Source of the DNA: Verrucomicrobiota bacterium
GTDB lineage: Bacteria > Verrucomicrobiota > Verrucomicrobiia > Limisphaerales > AAA164-E04
Length of the DNA stretch: 64,000 nucleotides
NCBI GenBank assembly: GCA_047947115.1
Contig: CP170459.1
Location: 1,632,001 to 1,696,000 of the forward strand
Direction of reading: 5' to 3'
This document shows positions 40,478 to 49,957 of this stretch, one piece after another. The notes beneath the pieces are model-generated. The model had not been told where the DNA came from and ran no database searches. It saw only the letters and a list, made by a program, of their open reading frames with translations. Position 1 is the first letter of the stretch; each line of letters opens with the position of its first letter. Made by a program: the position numbers and the translations under genes.

Positions 40478-43444
40478 TTAATGAGGAAATCCCTTACCTT
40501 TGTTCACTTGATGGAGTGTTCCATCTCCACATGATTCATCGGAATCTTTCTTGCTTTCTTTAGATTCCATTGAAGTTTTTTGGTTGGTTTTTGAGAATAT
40601 TTTTTCAAGTTCTGAGCATAAGTCCTCCAATTTGTTGGGTTTGGCCAAGATGGCTTCAAAAATATTCATCGATTTGGAATGTCTGAGTTTTTCAGAAATA
40701 AACCCGGAACATAACAACATGGGTAGATCCGGTCGCATGGATTTGATTTTGCTTGCCAGGTCGATACCCGTGATGCTTGGCATATCCAAGTCCGTGATGA
40801 GGATGTCAACTGTTTCGGGGGATTCTGCAAATCGTTGGAACGCGAGACAGGGATCCGTAAATACTTCCACGTTGAATCCTACTTTTTCCAACCCCAATCG
40901 TGAGGACTGGCAGATGCTTTCCTCATTGTCCACAAAAAGAATGCGCTCTCCGTTGCCTTTATATAGATGCGTCGATTTTTCCTGCGGCCTCCCCACTTTC
41001 TGCTCGCTGATGGCCGGCAGATATATGTCGAAGCACGTCCCTTTGTTCTTCTTGCTCGTCACCCTGATATGACCGTCGTGGGATTTCACAATCCCGTGTA
41101 CGACCGACAATTCAAGCCCCGTACCCCGACCCGCTTCCTTGGTGGTGAAGAAGGGGTCAAATATCCTTTGGAGCGTGGCTTCGTCCATGCCTGCACCCGT
41201 GTCTTTAATGGTGAGCTTGAGGTAGGGGCCCATCTTCATTTTATGGATGGTGTTGGCTTCTTCTTTCTCAATCTGAATGCATTCCAACTGAATGGTGAGT
41301 TGGCCCGACACCATGTCTTCCATGGCGTGAATACTGTTGGTGCAAAGGTTGACCAGGACCTGGTGGATTTGATTCTGGTCGCACATGACAAATGGAATAT
41401 CGCCCAGGATATTGGCGGTGATGGTGATGTGCGACGAGCAGGTCGCTTGAATCATTCGGGTGGCTTCCTTGACGATGGGTTTCAAGGAGGCGGGTGTTTT
41501 TGACTGTTCCTGATTTCTGCTGAAAGCCAGGATTTGTTTTACGAGCATTTTGGCTCGGTCTGTTGCCTTGAGCACTTCTGTGGTCAGTTCATTGGCGAAC
41601 TTGTTTTCCGCGAATTCGATTTTCAGCAATTCGGTGAACCCGACGATTCCTGCCAGAATGTTGTTGAAATCATGAGCAACACCTCCCGCCATGGTGCCGA
41701 TGGCCTCCAGTTTCTGGGCGCGATACAGTTGCTGTTCCAATGTGCGTTTGCTCTTCTCGGATTCGACCAGTTCCGTGATGATTTCCGCGAAGATGATCAC
41801 GCCCCCCGGTCTGGACTCTTCGTCATACCAGGGCTGCATCTCCCAACGGATGACTTCTTCGTTGCCATCGTGTCGGGTGTAAGTGTCCCGGCTGGATTTT
41901 TTGTGATGACCGTTCAGGCATTCGTGCAGTGCCACTCGCCAGTTGTCAAAGACTCCCAGGTTCGAGTGGAGATCCAACGGGTTCTGGCCCACGCAATCCC
42001 CCTCCTCGGGCATATCGAATTTGCTTTTCCAGCGCAGGCTGGCTTCAAGGTAGTTGAACTGGATATCAAACATGGCCACCGCCGCGGGGGCGTAACGGAT
42101 GAACTGGCTGAGCAGCTTGCCGTCACGCTTTATGATTTTGCTTGATGTGTCCTGCTCAGTGACATCCACACCGCAGCAGATGAGGTATTTTAGTTTTTTA
42201 TCCTCATCTTTGATCACAGAATTGCGCCATTGAATGTTGTGCTTTTTTCCGTCCTTATCCGTCCAAGTGCTTTTGTGGCTGGAAGGACCGAGAAACAAGT
42301 TGGGCCTTTCACGGTAACGTTCCAGCTCGCGTCGGTGGCTTTGGGCATCCGGAATGATTTCCCAGAGGGGTTCACCGACCACTTCTTCGAACAAAATTCC
42401 GGATATACGTTCGCATTCCTGATTGTAACGGACAATGCGACCTTCCGCATCCACTACAAAGACATATGCGCCGACAATGCTGAGAATTTCATTTGAGAAA
42501 TCACTCACTTCCCTGGCAATGGTTACCAGTTTTTGGCGTTCTGATCTGTCATGAATGGTGACGATGACGTCATTGGAACCGTGGACAGTGGGAATCATAC
42601 CCAAAATGGCCAGTTCAACGAGTATGAGTTCTCCTGTTTTCTTGTGGAGTTTGACGGTGTTTTGACAGCAGGATTTGGAATGATCTCTTGAATTGAGGGC
42701 ACATTCAAAAGTCATTTTTGTCAGATCATGACATTCCAGTCCTGGAAACAATCTTGAAATGGGGGCTTCGTTCAATTGTCCGTTTTTATAACCGGTCAGT
42801 TTTTCAACGCGACGGTTGATCCGGGTGATGGTTCCGTCGGAACAGACCCGCATGAGCGCATCGTTTGAGATTTGGAAAAAGTGATCCTCTTCCAACATCT
42901 CTGAATGATCCTGCATAAGACGTGTCGCAAAGTGCGACATGTCTGTCAATCTTTGCAGGATCCCAGCCGGGTAATTCCAGGGTTTTTGGCTGATAAGTCC
43001 CACAACAAAGCCCGTCCCGCCTGAAACAGAATTTATCAGAACCGCCATCATCGAAGTTTGGTTTTTTTGATGGATGATGCGGTTGTAAGGATGCTCGTGG
43101 AGCGCCTCGTTCAGACGGACAACGTTACCTTGTTTGGTGGCTTCCAAAATCAGGGGATCTCCCATCAAATGTCCGGACACGTTATGAAAATGTCCACAAG
43201 AACATACCTGGCGGGGATGTCCCCCAAGATTGAGTCCTCTTGATTTCTCAAGGATGAAGCAACAATCGGCTGCCAACACATTTGCGATGTGCTCGGCACA
43301 TTCCCTCCAGCACTCAATCCAAGCGCCTGATGCAGGTGCTTGCGGTGGAACGCTCAAGTCGTCGTGTCCGGGTTTCTTTTCAGACTCCCCAACCAACTTT
43401 GTTTCCGTCAGACTGATTGTGCTTCTTTGTGTTTTCGAGATCAT
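40478..43444 (-). CDS. Hybrid sensor histidine kinase (GAF-like, 3 PAS, HisKA, HATPase, REC)
   Basis: AGGVAHDFNNIL; VNLCTN; DTGAGM; FDPFFTTK; REC ITDLDMP..AKP; atypical GTGLELS and VDNE. Confidence 0.9.
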   Translation of the reverse strand: MISKTQRSTISLTETKLVGESEKKPGHDDLSVPPQAPASGAWIECWRECAEHIANVLAADCCFILEKSRGLNLGGHPRQVCSCGHFHNVSGHLMGDPLILEATKQGNVVRLNEALHEHPYNRIIHQKNQTSMMAVLINSVSGGTGFVVGLISQKPWNYPAGILQRLTDMSHFATRLMQDHSEMLEEDHFFQISNDALMRVCSDGTITRINRRVEKLTGYKNGQLNEAPISRLFPGLECHDLTKMTFECALNSRDHSKSCCQNTVKLHKKTGELILVELAILGMIPTVHGSNDVIVTIHDRSERQKLVTIAREVSDFSNEILSIVGAYVFVVDAEGRIVRYNQECERISGILFEEVVGEPLWEIIPDAQSHRRELERYRERPNLFLGPSSHKSTWTDKDGKKHNIQWRNSVIKDEDKKLKYLICCGVDVTEQDTSSKIIKRDGKLLSQFIRYAPAAVAMFDIQFNYLEASLRWKSKFDMPEEGDCVGQNPLDLHSNLGVFDNWRVALHECLNGHHKKSSRDTYTRHDGNEEVIRWEMQPWYDEESRPGGVIIFAEIITELVESEKSKRTLEQQLYRAQKLEAIGTMAGGVAHDFNNILAGIVGFTELLKIEFAENKFANELTTEVLKATDRAKMLVKQILAFSRNQEQSKTPASLKPIVKEATRMIQATCSSHITITANILGDIPFVMCDQNQIHQVLVNLCTNSIHAMEDMVSGQLTIQLECIQIEKEEANTIHKMKMGPYLKLTIKDTGAGMDEATLQRIFDPFFTTKEAGRGTGLELSVVHGIVKSHDGHIRVTSKKNKGTCFDIYLPAISEQKVGRPQEKSTHLYKGNGERILFVDNEESICQSSRLGLEKVGFNVEVFTDPCLAFQRFAESPETVDILITDLDMPSITGIDLASKIKSMRPDLPMLLCSGFISEKLRHSKSMNIFEAILAKPNKLEDLCSELEKIFSKTNQKTSMESKESKKDSDESCGDGTLHQVNKGKGFPH
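40536..40562 (-). promoter_or_regulatory. sigma28-type promoter of fliC, inside the 3' end of the upstream kinase ORF
   Basis: TAAA-N15-TCCGATGA. Confidence 0.7.
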
Positions 43445-43546
43445 GTCAATGCCTACATTCCTTGAAACGACAAGGTGAAACGGTGTTCTTATGTCCGTTC
43501 GATCCGTGCGTGGTTTCCTCCGAAAAGCTGCCTATATGACATCATC

Positions 43547-43573
43547 TTATCGGAAGAAAATTATTTATGCTTA
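43547..43573 (-). promoter_or_regulatory. sigma28-type promoter of the hybrid kinase
   Basis: TAAG-N15-TCCGATAA. Confidence 0.72.
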
Positions 43574-44029
43574 ATGGGAATTGCACAGACTGTGTCCTGA
43601 ACGTGTTCGGTGTGGTTTGGGCATATGAACGTTTCCGTCAGCGCAGGTATCGCCGTGCATTTCCTCACAGCGCCTCATGACATGTCCCCGGAGTATGCAT
43701 TTTTTGGTTTTTTGTATGGTTGAACCCAAATTGCTTTTGAGATTGCTCCTTGGGTGCCTGGTTTGTAACAAAAACGGAATAAGCATGTTGTGGTTTTGTT
43801 GGGGTATTTTCAGTGTGATTTTGATGGCTTAACAAAAAATGTGGAAGTAAAAGCCAAAATAAGGATGGTGTGGGATTTTCCGAATGCTTAGATTGCTGGT
43901 GTCTCTGGGAGGGATGGGTGACAACTACTTCAGTCAGGTTTTGCATGAACAAGGGAATTGTGCGTGGCGAGTTTGGCGGGAGTGGTTTTCAATGAGAGTC
44001 TGAAAAACTAAAAGCAGGAGTTTATCAAC

Positions 44030-44539
44030 ATGACCAATGTCCCCACATGGATGAGTGGCGGGAGTGTTCCTGTCCAATTCAAAGAAACTGGAGAACGGTT
44101 TGGCGTCAGGCCAATTGTCGTCCGTAACAATTGCAGTCTAGCCTCCGAGGATACATCCGGCGGCGCTATCAGCAGGCGTCCCCGCCTTCTTCTCTTAGAC
44201 GATAATCCTGTCTTCCTCAGAGCATTGGGGCGTTTGCTGGAAACGCATTCCTTCAACGTCGACATGGAGGGGTGTCACAAAGCGGCGTTCAATCGTGTTT
44301 TTGAAAAAGGATCCGTTTATGATTTGGCTTTGGTGGATGTTCATCTGAAAGGGAGTTCCGGTTGGGATTTCGCCAGAAAGGTCAGCCAATTGCCCGATTC
44401 ACCCCCCATACTCCTCATGTCCGGTGAGGCTCTGTCCCTCTCTCGGGATGCTCCTAAAAATGTTAAGGGAATTTTGACCAAACCTTTTTCTGTGAAGCGT
44501 CTCAAGCAAGTGATTGATGGCTGGGGTTATTCTGTTTGA
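44030..44539 (+). CDS. Single-domain response regulator (REC)
   Basis: LLLDDN; LVDVHL; LMSG; KPFS. Confidence 0.85.
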   Translation: MTNVPTWMSGGSVPVQFKETGERFGVRPIVVRNNCSLASEDTSGGAISRRPRLLLLDDNPVFLRALGRLLETHSFNVDMEGCHKAAFNRVFEKGSVYDLALVDVHLKGSSGWDFARKVSQLPDSPPILLMSGEALSLSRDAPKNVKGILTKPFSVKRLKQVIDGWGYSV

Positions 44540-44660
44540 CCGTTTTCATCGGCTTTCACGGACATTTGACCGAGATGGTTTTCATCGCCTTCTAGCGTGG
44601 ATGCATTGCCGCTTTGGGTTGCGGGTTTGTCGTTTTGTGGGCAAGCTTGTGCTTTACGTG

Positions 44661-47582
44661 ATGGCTTTCAAATCTTTTCAACTGATGATTAGCTGGCAGT
44701 TGGTTGTGCTGTGCTGCAGCCCATTGCAGGCTGAATCCTTGATTCGAATTTCTGATTCCTGGCGATTCTTGCAAAACACTCTATTGCCTCCATCCGAAGC
44801 CGCAGAATGGCGTTTGCCTTCTTTCAATGACAATGCATGGCCGGAAGCTGCCGGTGGATTTGTTGACGCATCGGCAGATGGAAACCGGCGACTGAGCCAA
44901 GCGACCCGCATCGCCAATTTTGCAATTGGCTATCAAAGTCTTTTGTTCAGACATACGTTCGAGGTAGACGATCCGGCTGGAATCCGGTCTTTGGCCATTC
45001 GCCTGCAGTTCACACACGGTATTGTCCTATGGTTGAATGGTGAGCAGGTTTATCAATCGGGATTCGAACAGCAACCGGCAAGTGACAGTGTGCCTCTGGA
45101 TGCTTTCGGTGCACTCAGACAGCACAATGTGATTGAGGAAATCAGTCTTGATCACGCCATTCCCATGGTTCACGCCGGTAGGAATGTGGTGGCAGTGCAG
45201 GTGCATGCGGCGGCAGAAAGCGCGACTTTTACTTTTGCAATGGAACTTCTGGCCAATTTTGTCAGAGCGCCCATGGTGCACCAGTTGGCGGCTCATTCTG
45301 CGGTGCTATCATGGAAATCCACTCAACCGGTTCAGAGTGTGGTTCGATATGGACTCACTCAGAACCTTTCCCATAGCGTTCCTCAGAATGTGCCGTTGAC
45401 CGAACCTGAAGTGCGGCTTTCATCCTTGCTCCCTGGTTCGACCTATTACTACAGGGTTGATTTGGTATATCCTTCCGGGGTGGCAACATCGCATGTCGGG
45501 ACCTTTCGCACTCCTGCTCCAGAAGACACGCATCTGAAATTTGCCGTGTTCGGCGACAGCGGTAGAGGAACCGTTCCTCAGTATGACATTGCAAGGGAAC
45601 TCCTTCGTTCAGGCGCTGATTTGGTCCTGCACACCGGGGATACGGTTTACCCTTTTCTGTTTCCCGAACTCGCGGATTTTCGTTTTTTCAGTCTTTATGG
45701 TCCCCACATGGGTTCTGCGCCTTATTATGTTTCCACTGGTAACCATGATCGGGATATCGGAGTAGATGTGTTTGACAGGGTGTTTCACATGCCAACCAAC
45801 GATACCGATCCAGGTGTTCACTTGAGCAACCAGACCACGGATGAGTCCTACTTCACCGTTGTTCATGGGCCCGCGCAGTTTTTTGTGTTATATGCTCCGT
45901 TCTTTTACCAATACAACTTTGCTTCAGGATTTGCCCAGCATGCATGGTTGGAGGCGGAATTGAATCGTTCGGATCGTCCTTGGAAGTTTATCGTCATGCA
46001 TCATCCGATGCGCACCTCCAGTCTTCATTGGGCAGATGATTATAACAGGAATCAAATATTGGATACCCGGGAAGTCAGGGACGTTGTGCTTCCTCTCGCC
46101 CAAAAGTATGGGGTTCAAGCCGTCTTTTCTGGCCACGACCACGTTTACGAGAGGTTTCAACCTGAGCGAGGGGTGGTCAGTGTCACGACGGCAGGAGGAG
46201 GAGGCAATCTTTATACGCTCGGCAGGCGCGATGCCATGAGCAGTCAATTCCGGCGCGCTTTTCATTTCTTGAGCGCCTCCATTGAGGGAAATGAATGTCA
46301 GATAGATGCTGTGGATGCATTTGGGCAGGTGCTGGATACTTTTTTTCTGAGCGTGCGTACTGATGCTCCGGTGCAATATCGCTCCGTTTGGCATTCTCCG
46401 GTCGTGGAAGATGTTGTTGCAGATGACATGGATGGTAATGTCAACGGCCAACAGTTTGATTTTGCAGGAGAAGGTATGATGGCTTCGCCCGGTCAGTTTT
46501 CGCATGCGGGGAAATTGTATGTGAACCATGATGAACAATTTGTTTATATCGGTTTGCGCGGAGTGGTTCTGCCGGATGACGGGGCGCTGTATCTGTTTGT
46601 GGGCGGGGGGGGGAGTGATCCGGCAGCGGGGCAACCGCCTTCTCTGCTCGATGGGTTTCTTTTTGACCATTGGAGTCCGGCTGTCATGGGGGTTTTGGGG
46701 GACGAGTTTGGTGATGGAATGTCACAGGGCTTTCACCGGTCCGGGGCCGCTCAGGAAACCTGGCAGGGAGTCTTTTCCATTCACCAGGATTTTTCTCCTG
46801 TGGATATGGCCCGGGTTCAGCAATATAATTCAAATCCTCAAGCAAGTCCCGCCAACCTGGTAAATACCCATCTCTCGGAACAAAACGCCGATTATATCGA
46901 AATGGCCATCCCCATTGATGCTCTGTCTCCAGAGGATGATCCAACATACATTCACGTGGCCGTTGTGAGCGGTCGACAGCATTCCATGGAAGCAAATGTT
47001 CCATGGGTTCTGGATACCAGTTCGTTCGGAAATGTTTTGATCGATGATCATGGGCGGATCTCTGTGATGGGAGTCAAGGTGGACTTGTCTGGTGGTCCGG
47101 ATTCTGATGGAGATGGGTTGATCGATGAACAGGAGTGGCTCTGGGGCACAGATCTGGCGCAAATGGATTCGGATGATGACGGTCTGCCGGACGGGTGGGA
47201 AGTGTTGTATGGCTTGTCCCCTGTTTCCTCTGAAACTCAGAATGGCGGACAAGGTGATTCTGACGGAGATGGATTTTCCAACCTGCAGGAATGGATCGCC
47301 AATACCGACCCCTCTGATGCGCAATCCAATCTGAAGCTGGAGATTGATTGGGTCGAACCGCAAGTAATTCAGTTGCGGTGGTCCGCCAAGCCGGGGGTTC
47401 AGTATCGACTGGAGCAGGCCGCTTCCATGCAGCAGTTATTTGCCCCCGTGCCACTGGAGGAATCAGCAGTGGATCGAGGCAGCGGCGGCCAAATTATGAA
47501 AACGCACGTTTTTGTTCAGGAAAAACAGCAACAATTCTTTCGCGTGATTGCGACTCCTATCAACCATGATGAAGCTTTTTAA
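44661..47582 (+). CDS. Secreted purple-acid-phosphatase-like metallophosphoesterase with Fn3 and Ca-binding DxDGDG repeats
   Basis: FGDSG, HTGD, GNHD, HHP, SGHDHVYER; DSDGDG/DSDDDG repeats; start inferred. Confidence 0.85.
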   Translation: MAFKSFQLMISWQLVVLCCSPLQAESLIRISDSWRFLQNTLLPPSEAAEWRLPSFNDNAWPEAAGGFVDASADGNRRLSQATRIANFAIGYQSLLFRHTFEVDDPAGIRSLAIRLQFTHGIVLWLNGEQVYQSGFEQQPASDSVPLDAFGALRQHNVIEEISLDHAIPMVHAGRNVVAVQVHAAAESATFTFAMELLANFVRAPMVHQLAAHSAVLSWKSTQPVQSVVRYGLTQNLSHSVPQNVPLTEPEVRLSSLLPGSTYYYRVDLVYPSGVATSHVGTFRTPAPEDTHLKFAVFGDSGRGTVPQYDIARELLRSGADLVLHTGDTVYPFLFPELADFRFFSLYGPHMGSAPYYVSTGNHDRDIGVDVFDRVFHMPTNDTDPGVHLSNQTTDESYFTVVHGPAQFFVLYAPFFYQYNFASGFAQHAWLEAELNRSDRPWKFIVMHHPMRTSSLHWADDYNRNQILDTREVRDVVLPLAQKYGVQAVFSGHDHVYERFQPERGVVSVTTAGGGGNLYTLGRRDAMSSQFRRAFHFLSASIEGNECQIDAVDAFGQVLDTFFLSVRTDAPVQYRSVWHSPVVEDVVADDMDGNVNGQQFDFAGEGMMASPGQFSHAGKLYVNHDEQFVYIGLRGVVLPDDGALYLFVGGGGSDPAAGQPPSLLDGFLFDHWSPAVMGVLGDEFGDGMSQGFHRSGAAQETWQGVFSIHQDFSPVDMARVQQYNSNPQASPANLVNTHLSEQNADYIEMAIPIDALSPEDDPTYIHVAVVSGRQHSMEANVPWVLDTSSFGNVLIDDHGRISVMGVKVDLSGGPDSDGDGLIDEQEWLWGTDLAQMDSDDDGLPDGWEVLYGLSPVSSETQNGGQGDSDGDGFSNLQEWIANTDPSDAQSNLKLEIDWVEPQVIQLRWSAKPGVQYRLEQAASMQQLFAPVPLEESAVDRGSGGQIMKTHVFVQEKQQQFFRVIATPINHDEAF

Positions 47583-49398
47583 ACGCAGGTCTTTTCTAAA
47601 AAACGCAAGGTTTGCATCGGTGGCTTTTGGGCTGCATTTGGCAGGGTGTTCTTCGTGCCTGCACGGAGGGGGCTGGAACAGTCTTCATCCCGAAATACAC
47701 CATTTGGGGGTGGCTGATTTTCCTGAATGGTATGTCTTTAGGGGTCGAACTCCGGATGGGCGTGAGTTGAGTGTTTCGTTGGGTGGTATGCAACTTGACG
47801 GTGTTTCCTCCCTGTTGATCTACCAGAATGACGTCAAAGAGTCGTGGGAACTCAGACTGAATGGTCATCGGCTCGGAAATCTTTTCACGATCGAACAGGC
47901 TCAAGTCACTCCATTTAGCATTCAACCCGAGTGGGTCAGGGAGGATGATAACACTCTGTCCATTCTTGCGCCAAAAGCCATCGACGATATCGAAGTGGGC
48001 GACATCCGTTGGTCCCCCATGGCCTTGGAACAAGCATTGTCTGACGCAACGGTTCATGTGGAGGTGAGGGAAAAGGGATTGCCGATACCGTGCCGGTTGA
48101 CGATCGCCGATGAACGTGGGGCACTCTTTCCTGTGCATCCATTACCGGATCAGCCATTGGCCGTCCGGCCAGGAGTAATCTACACGGGAGATGGACATGC
48201 CCGGTTTGGTCTGAGCGAAGGAACCTATACGATTTATGCCAGCCGGGGATTCGAATACAGTGTGGATCGTCGCAAAGTTGAAATTGTTGCCGGTGTGGAT
48301 CAGATCGTTCACCTGGATCTGCGACGCGAAGTGGACACACAAGGTTGGATCGCTGCGGATACGCACATTCATACCAGGACCTTCAGTGGGCATGGGGATG
48401 CCCGGATTAATGAAAGTATGTTGTCCATTGCGGGGGAAGGGATCGAGTTGGCGGTGGCCACGGATCACAACCACCACACTGATTTCACCGAACCTGCCCG
48501 TGCGATGGGAGTCAGTCGTCGGTTCACCTCCGTCATTGGGAACGAAGTCACCACCAAAACCGGTCATTTCAATATCTTTCCCGTTCAGTCCGGCAGTCCT
48601 TTGCCCGATCATAGTCGAACCAACTGGGTGGCTTTGGTGGATTCCATGAGGCAGACCTCTGGAGTGAAAGTGATCATCCTCAATCATCCTCGAAACATTC
48701 ACAATGAATTCTGCCCGATGGATGAGGAGCTGTTCAATGTCCAGACCGGGGTGCATCAGTTTGCCAAAGCTTTTTCATTTGATGGTATTGAGCTGGTCAC
48801 CTCCGCTGCTTTGCAGAATGATCTGATGCGTGTCTTCCGTGATTGGTTTGCACTTTTGAATCGCGGCCATCGGCTCGTGGGAGTCGGGTCTAGCGATACC
48901 CACGACATCAGTCGCTACATCCTGGGGCAGGGGCGATCCTATATCCGATGCGGGGATACAAACCCCGCGGCGATCTCCGTCGAGGAAGCGTGTCATTCCT
49001 TTCTGGATGGACGGGTGTTGGTCAGTATGGGGCTTTGGGTGAACATGCGTGTGGACGGTCGATTTGAAGTGGGCGATGTTGCCACCGATCTGCCAGATGT
49101 GTTCGAAGTGGAAATCGAGGTGCAAGGTCCGAGCTGGGTGGCGGCTGATGAGGTGAGTCTTTACCTCAATGGGAAACTTATTCGGCAAATACCCGTCGAA
49201 CCGGATCTCCACCGCATCCAAAAAGCCCTGGTCCAATGGACGCTCCCTAAACCTGACAAACCAGCTTACCTGGTCGCCATGGCTCAAGGGCCGGGAGTCA
49301 AGGAACCCTTCTGGGTGATCCCCCGTCCTTACCAGCACAAGACCTTGGATTACACGCCGCGTATCATAGGGGCAACCAATCCGGTCTGGATTGACTGA
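47566..49398 (+). CDS. CehA/McbA-type PHP metallohydrolase, probable Tat substrate
   Basis: KRRSFLK twin-arginine signal; DTHIHT; TDHN; GNEVT..GHFN; NHP; SDTH. Confidence 0.85.
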   Translation: MMKLFKRRSFLKNARFASVAFGLHLAGCSSCLHGGGWNSLHPEIHHLGVADFPEWYVFRGRTPDGRELSVSLGGMQLDGVSSLLIYQNDVKESWELRLNGHRLGNLFTIEQAQVTPFSIQPEWVREDDNTLSILAPKAIDDIEVGDIRWSPMALEQALSDATVHVEVREKGLPIPCRLTIADERGALFPVHPLPDQPLAVRPGVIYTGDGHARFGLSEGTYTIYASRGFEYSVDRRKVEIVAGVDQIVHLDLRREVDTQGWIAADTHIHTRTFSGHGDARINESMLSIAGEGIELAVATDHNHHTDFTEPARAMGVSRRFTSVIGNEVTTKTGHFNIFPVQSGSPLPDHSRTNWVALVDSMRQTSGVKVIILNHPRNIHNEFCPMDEELFNVQTGVHQFAKAFSFDGIELVTSAALQNDLMRVFRDWFALLNRGHRLVGVGSSDTHDISRYILGQGRSYIRCGDTNPAAISVEEACHSFLDGRVLVSMGLWVNMRVDGRFEVGDVATDLPDVFEVEIEVQGPSWVAADEVSLYLNGKLIRQIPVEPDLHRIQKALVQWTLPKPDKPAYLVAMAQGPGVKEPFWVIPRPYQHKTLDYTPRIIGATNPVWID

Positions 49399-49486
49399 GT
49401 CATGGCGATGCAAGTCGGTCCCGGGTCATCCGGAAAAGAAAGGAGCATGACAGCCCGGTCCGGAGCCACCGTCGTGTGAAAAACGA

Positions 49487-49702
49487 TCAGAACAGTAACA
49501 AGCAGCCTAACCACCCACATACCAAACTGATCAGCATGATGCCCCCGGAGATTTCAGCCGTCCTGTAGATCCTCTGAGCCAGAGGAAGCTTGGAAGCCTC
49601 CTTTAATGGGTTGGTTTGCCATTTGGAAACCTGGCTTAACAACGTTTCGCCACCCAGGGCCAAAAGTTCCAAGAAGTATCCAACATCAACAGGGCGTCTC
49701 AT
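49487..49702 (-). CDS. Small hypothetical protein with C-terminal TM helix
   Basis: 71 aa ORF filling the gap; hydrophobic C-terminus. Confidence 0.35.
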   Translation of the reverse strand: MRRPVDVGYFLELLALGGETLLSQVSKWQTNPLKEASKLPLAQRIYRTAEISGGIMLISLVCGWLGCLLLF

Positions 49703-49831
49703 AATGCCTCAAGTTATGGGCTGTTTTGTGTGTTGCAAGCGAAATGATTTGATCCGAAGAGACTTTCGTATCCGCACATCGCCCCAGTTTCCTGTATCTG
49801 TGGGCGTTGATGATATCAAGGGGAAAGGAGA

Positions 49832-49867
49832 TGGCGACCCTACCGGGGTTCGAACCCGGGTTTCGAC
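49832..49867 (-). other. tRNA 3' fragment (T-arm, acceptor strand and CCA; probably tRNA-Glu), putative att site
   Basis: Minus strand GTCGAAAC CCGGG TTCGAAC CCCGG TAGGGTC G CCA, with no D arm or anticodon arm upstream; next to the integrase. Confidence 0.8.
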
Positions 49868-49957
49868 AGAACCTTAAAAAAACCGCTTTTTCAAGGTTTT
49901 TAGACATTCCTAGACATCCTTGACGCCCTTATCTGTTATGCTATTATGTTATGCATT

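Noticed and set aside
43571..43952. Small ORFs in the region between the kinase and the response regulator
   Set aside because: Low-complexity translations with no motifs; more likely a divergent promoter region
49832..49910. A complete tRNA gene
   Set aside because: Only the T-arm and 3' acceptor strand are present; interpreted as an att remnant
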